Notes under the pieces: model-generated | Databases searched by the model: none | The model's input: only the letters and a program-made list of their open reading frames with translations | What the model was told of the DNA's origin: nothing | Program-made: the position numbers and the translations under genes | Source: Pirellula sp. | GTDB taxonomy: Bacteria > Planctomycetota > Planctomycetia > Pirellulales > Pirellulaceae | DNA length: 64,000 nucleotides | Assembly: GCA_046318275.1 (NCBI GenBank) | Contig: JBKCUW010000002.1 | Span: 897 to 64,896, forward strand | Reading direction: 5' to 3' | Shown: positions 51,601 to 60,625 of the stretch, in pieces | Position numbering within the stretch: the first letter of the stretch is position 1 | Layout of the letters: every line of letters begins with the position of its first letter

Positions 51601-52421
51601 CTCAAGGAGACCTGCCGACCAATCAACCGTTGCTAGATTACCTTGCGATAGACATGATGCGAGGAGGTTGGGACATGAAGCGATTGATTCGATCGATTGT
51701 ACTTTCCTCGGCATACCAGCAGCGATCGAGTGTGGATCCAAAGCGTTACGAAGAGGATCCAGAGAATATTTATGTTTCGCGAGGGCCGCGATTCCGAGTT
51801 GCGGCGGAACAAGTCCGCGATATGGCACTTGCATCTGCAGGTCTGCTCTCTCACCGTTTTTACGGTCCCCCTACCCGTCCGCCTCAACCATCGATGGGTT
51901 TGAGTGCAGCATTCGGATCTCGCACGGATTGGGAAACCAGTCAAGGAGAAGACCGATTTCGTCGCGCGATCTACACGCAATGGAGACGTTCTAATCCTTA
52001 TCCAGCTATGGCTACTTTCGACGCGCCGAGCCGTGAAGTTTGTGTGCTCAAACGCGATAGGACCAATACGCCTCTTCAAGCCCTCGTCACCCTCAATGAC
52101 CCCGTCTTTCTGGAGGCGGCACAGGGGTTGGCACGACGCGTGTGCATTCATGAACTTCCAAACGGCTCTGAGGAAGATCGCATCGGTCGGTTATTTTATC
52201 ACGCCCTATCACGTTCTCCGAATGAACGAGAGATGATTGCCGTCAAGGGATTGCTGGCACAGGCAGTTCAGGAATTGAGTGACCAAAGAGACAAAGCCAC
52301 GAAGTTGGCCTCGGAGCCTATTGGCCCATTGCCCAATGGAGTCGATCCGGTCGAATTGGCGGCGTGGACGACGCTTTGCAACGTGGTCCTGAATCTTGAT
52401 GAATTTTTGATGACCCCATAG
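48648..52421 (+). CDS. planctomycete cytochrome c (PSCyt1) + DUF1549 + F5/8-type lectin-like domain + DUF1553 protein
   Basis: CFACHG, HWSY, YGEHWGRRWLD, CAQCHSHKYDP, PLTARVIANR and NTPLQAL. Confidence 0.93.
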   Translation: MKSRFLPRSVVIQRLQSVVMQRMLPIVWILLNASTVGAWQANQVQGKVDFQTEIRPILSNRCFACHGPDENTVEAGLRLDSFDSAISKADSGRPAIVPGDVNESELLRRVSSQDDEVRMPPPHFGERLTARETELLQRWIASGAAYAKHWSYETPRLPAVEAQVSDWESRFPEWHGSVIDRLVLRKLAEKGWEPAPRANKATLLRRVTLDLTGLPPTLDEQMAFVNNPSPHAYEELVDRLLASPAYGEHWGRRWLDMARYADSAGYADDPPRTIWAYRDWVVRAFNSNMPFDQFTIEQLAGDLLPNPTPDQLVATAFHRNTLTNNEGGTNDEEFRNVAIVDRVNTTMAVWMGVTMACAQCHSHKYDPISQKEYFQVFAVLNQSEDADRGDESPTYAWFSPEQRNRREELQRDLERIEKQIDLADPGLIAEQREWEEKYKRPLDWLAVTPTSIQTKSGDPGTIQEQGLIQVDSKSENDTLTLDIPLPNGITAENLTGIRIESRPDATLPNQGAGKGDGNFVLTHVSASLFDPNAAKTSGQFIRIDLPGKDRILSLAEVQVFSGTENVAPHGKPTQSSEILGGAALRAIDGNTSGNWADNSTTHTAISEAPWWELDLGEMKVVDSIAVWNRTDSNLLDRLSGAKIALLDANRNEVWQTTLTKAAAENRWAMQTQSNWTPRIASSDYSQSGFPASNAIDSDPKSGWAVGGSVNMPHAIKIAGGIATSKNPPASVSPPTPSDQGSVPVGAENNAGNTLSAVGETAAKVEILRLRLGFDSPHKRLVLARFSVSLTTDSRAADMLAIPSEILNIVRSDMVDLTSEGGGPKNTAAENTTPEKTAQGKAAQEKAAQEKALLQDRLHQYYVRVITPTRAPMRHQRDKLRAELDGLKPVTTVPVLRELAKEKRRETRIQLRGNYRVTGESVEPGVPKVFLTGVSTPDNNLPMSRLELAQWLVSADNPLTARVIANRTWESLFGVGIVRTSEEFGSQGDLPTNQPLLDYLAIDMMRGGWDMKRLIRSIVLSSAYQQRSSVDPKRYEEDPENIYVSRGPRFRVAAEQVRDMALASAGLLSHRFYGPPTRPPQPSMGLSAAFGSRTDWETSQGEDRFRRAIYTQWRRSNPYPAMATFDAPSREVCVLKRDRTNTPLQALVTLNDPVFLEAAQGLARRVCIHELPNGSEEDRIGRLFYHALSRSPNEREMIAVKGLLAQAVQELSDQRDKATKLASEPIGPLPNGVDPVELAAWTTLCNVVLNLDEFLMTP
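51117..51200 (+). repeat. in-frame 15-bp tandem repeat (KNTAA ENTTP EKTAQ GKAAQ EKAAQ EKA)
   Basis: GAGAAAGCAGCACAG-type units read directly. Confidence 0.85.
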
Positions 52422-52433
52422 AAAGTGCATGCG

Positions 52434-53879
52434 ATGGAACGATTGATTGAACAGCAATTGGCCCTCCGAACTCGTCGAACTTTTCTTGGGGCTGCCGGAA
52501 TGGGTCTCGGTGCTCTCGCCATGTCGGAGCTTCAAGGCTTCGCTAGCGGTCCGAGTTCCAACGATCCCCTCGCGGTTCGCGCACCCCATTTTCCCGCCAA
52601 AGCCAAACGCGTTATCTACTTGCACATGACCGGTTCCCCTCCCAATTTGGATTTGTACGACTACAAGCCCAAGCTGATAGAAATGGATGGAATGGAGGCT
52701 CCTGAATCGGTATTGAAAGGGAAAGAATTCGCATTCACCACCGGCGTACCAAAACTACTGGGTACCAAACATCAGTTTGAAAAATCGGGAAAGAGCGGTT
52801 TGATGCTCTCGGACTGTTTGCCGAACTTGAAAACAGTCGCGGATGAACTCTGTATCGTGCATAGCATGTACACAGAGCAGTTCAATCACGCCCCGGCTGA
52901 GTTGTTGGTCTACACAGGATCTCCGCGAAGTGGACGTCCGTCGTTCGGGTCGTGGGTCACGTATGGCTTGGGAAGCGAGAACCAAAACTTGCCAGCGTTC
53001 GTCGTGCTGATCAGCAGCGGGGTGCAGCCCAACGGAGGTAAGAGTTCGTTTGGAAGTGGTTTCTTACCGAGCGTTTATCAAGGTGTTCAGTGCCGATCGC
53101 AGGGAGAGCCGGTGCTGTTCGCTTCCGATCCCCAGGGGATGGATCGCGAACTTCGACGTAAAAGTCTCGATGCACTGAGCCAGCTCAACACGATTCAGTC
53201 TGAGGAGTTTGGGCATCCGGAAACATTGACTCGCATTGCCCAATACGAGTTGGCTTTCAGGATGCAGACCAGTGTTCCAGATGTGATGGATATCTCGAAA
53301 GAAACCCAGTCCACATTGGATGCCTATGGAGCGAAGGTAGGTGGTTCTAGTTTGGCGAACAACTGCTTGCTCGCGCGTCGCTTGGTAGAAGCTGGCGTGC
53401 GATATGTTCAGCTCTTCGACTGGGGATGGGATTTCCACGGGACTGGTCCTGGCGAGGACATCCGCGATGGATTGACCAAGAAATGTGAAACGATGGACAA
53501 ACCCGTTGCAGCATTGATCTCCGATTTGAAACAACGAGGCTTGCTCGATGAAACATTGATCATTTGGGGAGGTGAGTTTGGTCGGACGCCGTTCCGAGAA
53601 GGTCGAACGGCCAGCGGAGCGTCTTTGGGTAGAGACCATTACCCGGATTGCTTCACCATGTGGATGGCTGGAGGCGGGACACGCGGTGGCTTTGAGTACG
53701 GCCAGACCGACGAACTGGGATTCTCAATCGCGGAAAACCCGGTGCATGTGCACGATATGCAAGCTACATGGATGCATCTATTGGGCTTCGACCATACCAA
53801 GCTGACCTATCGTTTCCAAGGGCGTGATTATCGATTGACCGATGTTCATGGCAATGTGTTAAAGCCATTGCTGGCGTGA
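52434..53879 (+). CDS. DUF1501 domain protein (Tat-type signal)
   Basis: RRTFL, KAKRVIYL, LLARRLVEAGVRYVQ, GEFGRTP and GRDHY. Confidence 0.93.
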   Translation: MERLIEQQLALRTRRTFLGAAGMGLGALAMSELQGFASGPSSNDPLAVRAPHFPAKAKRVIYLHMTGSPPNLDLYDYKPKLIEMDGMEAPESVLKGKEFAFTTGVPKLLGTKHQFEKSGKSGLMLSDCLPNLKTVADELCIVHSMYTEQFNHAPAELLVYTGSPRSGRPSFGSWVTYGLGSENQNLPAFVVLISSGVQPNGGKSSFGSGFLPSVYQGVQCRSQGEPVLFASDPQGMDRELRRKSLDALSQLNTIQSEEFGHPETLTRIAQYELAFRMQTSVPDVMDISKETQSTLDAYGAKVGGSSLANNCLLARRLVEAGVRYVQLFDWGWDFHGTGPGEDIRDGLTKKCETMDKPVAALISDLKQRGLLDETLIIWGGEFGRTPFREGRTASGASLGRDHYPDCFTMWMAGGGTRGGFEYGQTDELGFSIAENPVHVHDMQATWMHLLGFDHTKLTYRFQGRDYRLTDVHGNVLKPLLA

Positions 53880-53940
53880 GATAGGATCTGGTGGATCGAT
53901 GTTGCAGTGCAAATGATGAACCATTGGAAGGAGGCATGCA

Positions 53941-54504
53941 ATGTTCTTTTTGAGTCGTAGGATTAGGTCCTTGCAAGTCGTGATGGCAGCATTGTCGATT
54001 GCAGTGGGATGTTCGGTGTGTGCATCGATTTGCTGGGGCATTCAAGGGGAGAGTGAACCTCCGGCACCTCCGCTGATTAAGAAAATCGAACCGGCCAAAA
54101 AGCTCGATGAGTTGCGAGGAGATCCCCTCATGCAAAGTATCGAGCAGAGGCTAACACCCGAGGGAGCATCGTTGGATGACAAACCGAAGTTGCTCGACGG
54201 GCCAATCGACCGGCTTGATAGAAGGCTTGATGGGAAAGTCCCAGAGGCTAACGAGCCCAAGCCTGCCGATGGCGACAAGACGGTAAATCGGCCGATGAGG
54301 TTGAAGAGGGATGCACTTGCCTCAAAGCCATCGAGTGTTGGCCAGCTCAAAGCCGCGGAAGGGATGATTCGCTCGGCTAGGCAGTTAGAAAAGGAAGCTG
54401 CGCGAGCCGAGCGGGCTGGGCAACTGCAACGCGCGAAGTCATTGCGGGAGATAGGCACTGCGATCCAAAGCGATGTCGTCAAGCTGCTTCAGCTAGGTGG
54501 TTGA
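53941..54504 (+). CDS. hypothetical secreted protein
   Basis: Signal peptide and a helical C-terminus. 12-bp convergent overlap with lspA. Confidence 0.55.
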   Translation: MFFLSRRIRSLQVVMAALSIAVGCSVCASICWGIQGESEPPAPPLIKKIEPAKKLDELRGDPLMQSIEQRLTPEGASLDDKPKLLDGPIDRLDRRLDGKVPEANEPKPADGDKTVNRPMRLKRDALASKPSSVGQLKAAEGMIRSARQLEKEAARAERAGQLQRAKSLREIGTAIQSDVVKLLQLGG

Positions 54505-55098
54505 GCGGTCCGACGAGTTTTGGACTGGGGGCTTGGTTTCCTCGGGATTGCTCCAAGAATAGATTGCTAACATGATCGCGCCGACGACTAGCAGGCTGTC
54601 TGCGATGTTGAAATTGGGCCAGGTGTATGTGCCGTATCGCAGCAGAATCCAATCTCGAACACCTCCGTAGTATTGGTCTTGGAGCCCATGGAATCCGAGT
54701 CGATCGTAGAGGTTGCCAAAGATCCCGCCGGTTATCAGCCCAAGAGCGAAGGTAAGCCAGTGCGATCGGCATGCATTGAAGACGAAGAGCCAAACCACGA
54801 TTCCGATGGCAGCGACGATAGAAACGGCGCCAAAGAGCCATCCCAAACCTTGGCCGAGCCCGAACAAGGCACCTAGGTTGACTGCGGTTTCGATACCAAC
54901 ATAGTTCTCGATAATCCAGTGGGGAGGCAATTGTCCGGGGAGCCCACGCCAAGAAAAGACAACCTCTTTAGTCCACAGGTCGGCTCCCAGTCCGAAGAGG
55001 GCTAATCCCAAGAACAGCGCGATACGGTGTAACTTAGGGAAAAAAGCCGTCCTGGTTGACTCTGAATGGGCGTCCTGCATTGAGTAGGGGGTCGTCAT
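54493..55098 (-). CDS. lspA: lipoprotein signal peptidase II
   Basis: DLWTK, NLGALFG, GGIFGNLYDR, VRDWI and FNIAD. Confidence 0.95.
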   Translation of the reverse strand: MTTPYSMQDAHSESTRTAFFPKLHRIALFLGLALFGLGADLWTKEVVFSWRGLPGQLPPHWIIENYVGIETAVNLGALFGLGQGLGWLFGAVSIVAAIGIVVWLFVFNACRSHWLTFALGLITGGIFGNLYDRLGFHGLQDQYYGGVRDWILLRYGTYTWPNFNIADSLLVVGAIMLAIYSWSNPEETKPPVQNSSDRSTT

Positions 55099-55169
55099 GA
55101 GGTGAGCGTCAAGGATTGCTGGGTTCGTTTTGGCGGTTTTTCAGAAGTCGTGTTGTTGCAAAAATTTGT

Positions 55170-55706
55170 TTACCAGCGGGCTTCCATTTGATCGACGATG
55201 TGGTCGGCCAGTCGTTCGACGGCTCGTTGGAACGCGGTTGAAATGGATTGGCCAGCTTCTGGAATGAAAGACGTCCGTTCCGAGAAGTAGTACGTAACCT
55301 CCCCGGGAGGAAGGAAGCGAGTCTCGACCAGTGGCATGCCTCGTCGGTCCGTCCAACTGATCTCGACGTTGAGGATGGTTTCCAAGAGGCGTGGCTCGTC
55401 GGTACTCGTCTCACCAACCACGCGTTTGGTATCTTTGGTCAAGCGGCATACTAGAGCTGAATCGGCGGATGCTGCATCGACGATTTTGTAAGGCGTTCGA
55501 CGCTCAACGTCCTTTTGCAACGCTTCTGTCAGAAGTGCGCCGAGTTCGGGGCGAAAGCTATCGCTGCGAATGACCGGTATATGGATCGTTCGTACGTCTG
55601 GTCGGAAAAGAGTTTTGGTTCCAAAGCGATAGCCGAAGCAACCGGTTGTGGTGAACAACGGTATCAGCATGCAAAAGATTCGAAGTAGCGTGAGTCGAGG
55701 TATCAT
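55170..55706 (-). CDS. lptE: LPS assembly lipoprotein LptE-family
   Basis: Lipobox TTGC-FGY, IHIPV and LTEAL..RTPY. Confidence 0.8.
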   Translation of the reverse strand: MIPRLTLLRIFCMLIPLFTTTGCFGYRFGTKTLFRPDVRTIHIPVIRSDSFRPELGALLTEALQKDVERRTPYKIVDAASADSALVCRLTKDTKRVVGETSTDEPRLLETILNVEISWTDRRGMPLVETRFLPPGEVTYYFSERTSFIPEAGQSISTAFQRAVERLADHIVDQMEARW

Positions 55707-57001
55707 CGCTTGACGGAATCGTCCGAGCTGGCGTTGTGTACAGCGGGCTTGTTTCGGTTCCCTTGCCGGACGATGTTATCCATGTTGGCTTCGCTCTCGG
55801 TGGGTTTCAACAGAGGGGTGATTTTGTCTCGTGTTGGAAAGGCTTTCGTCATGAAGTGGAGGTAAGGGGTCGGAATCGCTGGTTTTCCATCCGCCTTTTC
55901 GAGAATCTGTTTTGCTTTATCTCCGAACGGAGTGTCCTCGTAATCCGCTATGATCCGCTCGCAGTAGATCTGTGCTGCGCCATATTCTTCCCTGTTGGCG
56001 CGGTATTGGGCTTCCACGAACAATCGCTCGGCCTTGCGGTACTTCACCTCCGCCATAGCTTCTCGAATTTTGTCTTGGTGCTCTTGGGCCTGCGTCGGGA
56101 AGAGTTTCCCGATCTTCTTGAGCATGCTGTCGGCATGGGCGAGGGGTTCCTCAGAGTACTGAGGGCCTTGGTAGGCAAGCAATGCGGCTTTCACACCGAG
56201 GAAGTGCGCGTCGAATTGGTGGGGGCTGTCAGGATACTGTTGGATCAAGTCGCGGTAGGCGTCTAGGGCTTCATTCCAATTCTCTCTTTGGAATTCGGTG
56301 TTCGCAATCTCCATGGTGACATCGTCTGCGATGGAGCTGGTCGGACTATCAAGACGGATTTTCTCCATCACCCGTTTGCCATGGTTCTGGGTGTCATTTA
56401 AAGGCTTTTTGTTGTCCGTGAGGTTGATGTTGTAGAATTTGTCTGGAAACTGAAGCCAGTAATGGCCGATCGCACTGCGCCGCTGGTCGACGCGGTCTTG
56501 GTAGCGTGTCCGTGGGTACTCTTTGAGTAGTTTCAAGTACAAATCTTCAGCCTTGGGATAGTCTTCCGCAAAATAGTAGCTTTCGGCGGCCATGAAATAG
56601 GCGTCTTGTTCGAGAGCGCTGCTGACCCAGTCCTTGCCCGCATCGATGTATTTCTTCGCAGCTTGGCGAAACAATTTTCGTCGTTCGGATTCGTCGCTCG
56701 TTGCTGTTGCCTGCCGAAAAATCTCGTCCGACTCCCGGTATTTGCTACGAGCTAGTTCCTTGTTGACGGGGCGAGTACCGATGCCTGGGATCTTTTGAAT
56801 GAATTTTGGAAGGTCGCTGTTTCGTCTTTTATCCGCGGAGATGCCTTCGGGGCGTACCCAATTCCCTTCGTTGTCTTCATAGCCCTCGATCGCGTTTTTC
56901 GCGCGGGCGTATTCCTCATCTTTCCATGGATTCAAGCTCGCGCAACCTGGGAGGATTGGGAGCAGCGACGTCAGAATAATTGCTGGGAGCCATGAACGCA
57001 T
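55703..57001 (-). CDS. bamD: outer-membrane assembly lipoprotein BamD (TPR)
   Basis: Lipobox LPGC after ATG 57001. TPRs with AESYY..Y..LL.EYP and an A.FY..R-type C-terminus. The track's 57355 start overlaps recO and was rejected. Confidence 0.8.
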   Translation of the reverse strand: MRSWLPAIILTSLLPILPGCASLNPWKDEEYARAKNAIEGYEDNEGNWVRPEGISADKRRNSDLPKFIQKIPGIGTRPVNKELARSKYRESDEIFRQATATSDESERRKLFRQAAKKYIDAGKDWVSSALEQDAYFMAAESYYFAEDYPKAEDLYLKLLKEYPRTRYQDRVDQRRSAIGHYWLQFPDKFYNINLTDNKKPLNDTQNHGKRVMEKIRLDSPTSSIADDVTMEIANTEFQRENWNEALDAYRDLIQQYPDSPHQFDAHFLGVKAALLAYQGPQYSEEPLAHADSMLKKIGKLFPTQAQEHQDKIREAMAEVKYRKAERLFVEAQYRANREEYGAAQIYCERIIADYEDTPFGDKAKQILEKADGKPAIPTPYLHFMTKAFPTRDKITPLLKPTESEANMDNIVRQGNRNKPAVHNASSDDSVKR

Positions 57002-57060
57002 GGTGCAATTCGTCAGGGAGGAAAATACCCTTGCGCTGTTCGAATCGCTGTTCTGCTGGT

Positions 57061-57816
57061 TCAACGCTTCAGTTCCTCTAGGTAATCGATGAGTCGCAAT
57101 CGACGTTCCGTGACATGTCCAATAACGTGCTCCATCACGAAGCGAAGCTCGCCCCGTGACTTGGACGTCAAAATCTTTAATTCCTGGATGGGATTGCACT
57201 CGGACACCTCCCGCAGGACCTGTAAGGTGTTGGTATCTATTCGAAGCACATTGCGTTGCGCGGGTGAACATCGACGGCATGCAACACCTCCGCCCGATGC
57301 GCTCAATGCGACCGTCGGACTGGTTGTGTCGATCGATTCGCCACATCCGATGCAAACCTCGAAGCTCGGTAAGAGCCCCAGCTTTTGCAATGCATGAAGT
57401 TCGAAACGCAGTGTGACACTTGCGGGATCCTTTTGTTCGTCGAGGTCTTCGATCGTTTGTAAGAGCAATTCCAACAAGCCCGGTATAGGTTGATGGTTCT
57501 CTGTCATCGTTTGAAGGAACTCGGCGGCGTAGTACCCGCAGTAGAGGGGCAATAACCCGATCTGGGACGAACGAAATCTCCGTTGAAGTTTCGCTTCTGT
57601 CAGCAAGTCGAGGGTGTCGCCACTCTTAGCGATGAACACTACGGACGACAACGACAGGAGGTCAAGAGCAGATTCGAAAGGACTCTTAAGCCGCCTCGCG
57701 CCTTTAGCGATTGCAGATACCTTCCCGAAATCCTTGGTGAACAAAGTTACCACGAGGCTCGTTTCACTCCATTCGACGGTGCGGAGTACGATGGCCTCTG
57801 TTTTTTCCAGCGACAT
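57061..57816 (-). CDS. recO: DNA repair protein RecO
   Basis: EAIVLR..W.ETS.VV.LFT...GKV..IAKGARR and Zn finger C..C...C..C. Confidence 0.95.
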   Translation of the reverse strand: MSLEKTEAIVLRTVEWSETSLVVTLFTKDFGKVSAIAKGARRLKSPFESALDLLSLSSVVFIAKSGDTLDLLTEAKLQRRFRSSQIGLLPLYCGYYAAEFLQTMTENHQPIPGLLELLLQTIEDLDEQKDPASVTLRFELHALQKLGLLPSFEVCIGCGESIDTTSPTVALSASGGGVACRRCSPAQRNVLRIDTNTLQVLREVSECNPIQELKILTSKSRGELRFVMEHVIGHVTERRLRLIDYLEELKR

Positions 57817-60380
57817 CAGGTCATGACCTCGCGAAGTGCCATGCCCGTAGGCGTTTCGAGTTTCGCTAGCATTGCCGGGGGCCCAACCGCGAGGATTTTG
57901 CCACCTTCATTGCCACCTTCGGGACCCAGATCGATCACCCAATCGCAACTTCGGATCAGGTCCATATGATGTTCGATGACGAGGACCGAATTCCCTCGCT
58001 CGACCAGTCCTTGGAGGACTTGGATCAATTGAGCAACATCGGATAGATGGAGTCCGGTGGTGGGTTCGTCGAGGACATAGAGGGTCTTGCCGGTAGCGGT
58101 CCTAGTGAGTTCGTTAGCTAGCTTCAACCGCTGAGCTTCACCGCCGCTGAGCGTTGTGGATCGCTGTCCCAGCGTGATGTAGCCTAAGCCTACTTCTTGC
58201 AATCGTTGCAACGAGCGCTTGAGGGAGTCCATATTCTCGAAGAACTCAACCGCTTCATCCACGGTCATCTCGAGGACATCAGCAATCGATTTTCCTTTGA
58301 AGTGAACGGCTAGCGTTTGGCGATTGAACCGTTTACCTACGCATTCCGGGCATGGAATATCTACATCTTCGAGGAAGCTCATCTCCAGTTTTTGTCGACC
58401 TTGGCCAGCGCAAGCGTCGCAGCGACCGTTTCCTGAGTTGAAGCTAAATCGGACAGCGTTGAAGCCTCGTTGCTTAGCGTCTCGAGTCGATGCATAGATC
58501 TTACGAATGTCATCCCAAAGTCCGCAGTAGGTAGCAGGGACGCTGCGCGGCGAGCGTCCGATGGGAGACTGGTCTATCTCGGTAATTCGATCGATATGCT
58601 CGCCACCGGTGAAATGCTTCCAATGCTGGTCCTTGAGGGTGGCTCCCGTGAGGGACGCTTGGACTGCGGTGACTAGAGAGTCATGGATGAGAGTGCTTTT
58701 ACCGCTTCCGCTGACACCGGTAATTCCTACGAGTCGCCCCAAGGGGAATTCGACGCTTACATTCCGAAGATTATTCTTAGTGACGCCAGTGAGCGTTAGT
58801 TTTGGCGTAGTGTCTTCCACGGGCCGTTCATGCGTTGCATGTGTCTCTTTGGTCCCTAGGAGGTATTGTCCCGTGAGCGATTCTGCGACGCGAGAAACTT
58901 TTTTCGGGGGGCCAAAAGCGATGATTTCGCCCCCATGAACTCCTGCGCCGGGTCCGATATCGACCAATAGGTCTGCGGCTTTCATGATCGCTTCATCGTG
59001 TTCCACGACAACAATCGTATTACCTCGTTTTTGAAGCGATCGCAGGATTTCGATCAGTCGTTGCGTATCGCGAGGGTGCAGACCTATTGAAGGTTCATCG
59101 AGGACGTAGCAAACGCCGATCAATCCGGTCCCGACGCTTGTTGCCAATCGCACGCGTTGCAGTTCTCCACCGCTGAGCGAATCACCTTTGCGGTCCAGCG
59201 TCAAATATCCAAGGCCAACTCGAGAGAGGTACTCGAGTCGGGGTTGGATTTCTTTGAGGATCGGCTCAGCGATCGGTTGTTTTGTTCGCTCGAATTGGAG
59301 ATTCGCAAGCCAAGTTCTCAGGTCTGAGATAGGGAGTTTCGAAATATCGGCGATCGATTTGTCGGACAAACGGATCGCCAATGACTCAGGTCGCAAGCGA
59401 TCACCGTGGCATGTCGGGCATGATTGTTTTGTTTCATCACCGATTTCGCCGAAGCCTTCGCAGGTAGAGCAAGCACCATAGGGACTGTTGAAACTGAATG
59501 TACGTGGTTCGATTTCAGGAAGGCTGATACCGCATGCGACACAAGCGAATCGCGTGGAGAAAAACTGATCGATCTCTGTTAACTGATCCTTGGGCTCCCT
59601 AACATGCGATGAAGTTGCCCGAACATGCGATGAATTTAATGGTAGTGTTGGAAGTGTGCAGTGAAGCGAAAGAAGCCCATTGCTGAGGCGCAGTGCTGTA
59701 TGGACAGCCGCATCGATGCGGTCTGAGTTTTCGGGTTTTTGGACCAGACGATCAACAACTGCAGCGATTGTGTGTTCTTTGCGGGGCGAAAGGATGGGGG
59801 GAGACTCAAGATCGACGAATTCGCCATCGACGTGCGCGCGTAGCAAGCCCGACTTAGTGATTTTCTCAAAGACATCCAGATGGCCACCTTTTCGGCTCAG
59901 GACCATCGGGGCCATGATGGTGATTTTCGAGCCTTCGGGTAGGTTTGCAATGGCGTCGATGATGGAGGTCGGTGGTTGGCGATCGATGGGGTTTCCGCAG
60001 CAATGGCATGCAGGAGTTGCCACGCGGGCCATCAATAGGCGCAAGAAGTCATAGATTTCCGTGATGGTTCCGACCGTACTTCGAGGACTGGAGACGCCTT
60101 GATTTTGGTCGATGCATAGGGAGGGTTGAAGTCCGCGGATCGAATCGACGCATGGAGGTTCTAATTGGTCCACGAACTGACGAGTGAAGCTCGAGAGACT
60201 TTGAAGGTATTGGCGTTGGCCTTCTGCAAAGAGGGTGTCGAACGCGAGGGAGCTTTTTCCGCTTCCACTTACGCCGGTAAGCACCGTCAATTTTCCGTGC
60301 GGGATATCAAGATCGATGTTCTTGAGGTTGTGCGTTTTTGCGCCGCGGATCTCGATGCTCGAGCCATTCTTTCCGTCCAT
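57816..60380 (-). CDS. uvrA: excinuclease ABC subunit A (short form, no insertion domain)
   Basis: Two GVSGSGKS Walker A motifs, two LSGGE..R signatures, DEP motifs and Zn fingers. 854 aa. Confidence 0.95.
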   Translation of the reverse strand: MDGKNGSSIEIRGAKTHNLKNIDLDIPHGKLTVLTGVSGSGKSSLAFDTLFAEGQRQYLQSLSSFTRQFVDQLEPPCVDSIRGLQPSLCIDQNQGVSSPRSTVGTITEIYDFLRLLMARVATPACHCCGNPIDRQPPTSIIDAIANLPEGSKITIMAPMVLSRKGGHLDVFEKITKSGLLRAHVDGEFVDLESPPILSPRKEHTIAAVVDRLVQKPENSDRIDAAVHTALRLSNGLLSLHCTLPTLPLNSSHVRATSSHVREPKDQLTEIDQFFSTRFACVACGISLPEIEPRTFSFNSPYGACSTCEGFGEIGDETKQSCPTCHGDRLRPESLAIRLSDKSIADISKLPISDLRTWLANLQFERTKQPIAEPILKEIQPRLEYLSRVGLGYLTLDRKGDSLSGGELQRVRLATSVGTGLIGVCYVLDEPSIGLHPRDTQRLIEILRSLQKRGNTIVVVEHDEAIMKAADLLVDIGPGAGVHGGEIIAFGPPKKVSRVAESLTGQYLLGTKETHATHERPVEDTTPKLTLTGVTKNNLRNVSVEFPLGRLVGITGVSGSGKSTLIHDSLVTAVQASLTGATLKDQHWKHFTGGEHIDRITEIDQSPIGRSPRSVPATYCGLWDDIRKIYASTRDAKQRGFNAVRFSFNSGNGRCDACAGQGRQKLEMSFLEDVDIPCPECVGKRFNRQTLAVHFKGKSIADVLEMTVDEAVEFFENMDSLKRSLQRLQEVGLGYITLGQRSTTLSGGEAQRLKLANELTRTATGKTLYVLDEPTTGLHLSDVAQLIQVLQGLVERGNSVLVIEHHMDLIRSCDWVIDLGPEGGNEGGKILAVGPPAMLAKLETPTGMALREVMT

Positions 60381-60409
60381 GTTGATTTAGCCGTTGATTT
60401 AGCCGTTGA
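60381..60409. repeat. 12-bp tandem repeat GTTGATTTAGCC x2.4 immediately upstream of uvrA ATG
   Basis: Read directly. Confidence 0.85.
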
Positions 60410-60625
60410 GTCGCTGGTGTTGTAGCTAGCTGGTGGTGTACCTAGTAGTGTAGCTATTAGGTCGTGAAGTGGTTCTATGCCGTTTCCCATTCGATCTTCC
60501 CTCGCCGCTTCCGAGGCTGCCACTCCTTCGCGTCCCACCGTCGCGATTGACATCCCACCGTCGCGATGGAATGGAGTGCTTTTGCGAAGTAACGTCGGCG
60601 CGGAATTATCACCGTCGCGTTCAAC

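Noticed and set aside
57002-57355. 118-aa N-terminal extension of the bamD ORF in the track
   Set aside because: It overlaps recO, and the signal peptide and lipobox begin at ATG 57001.
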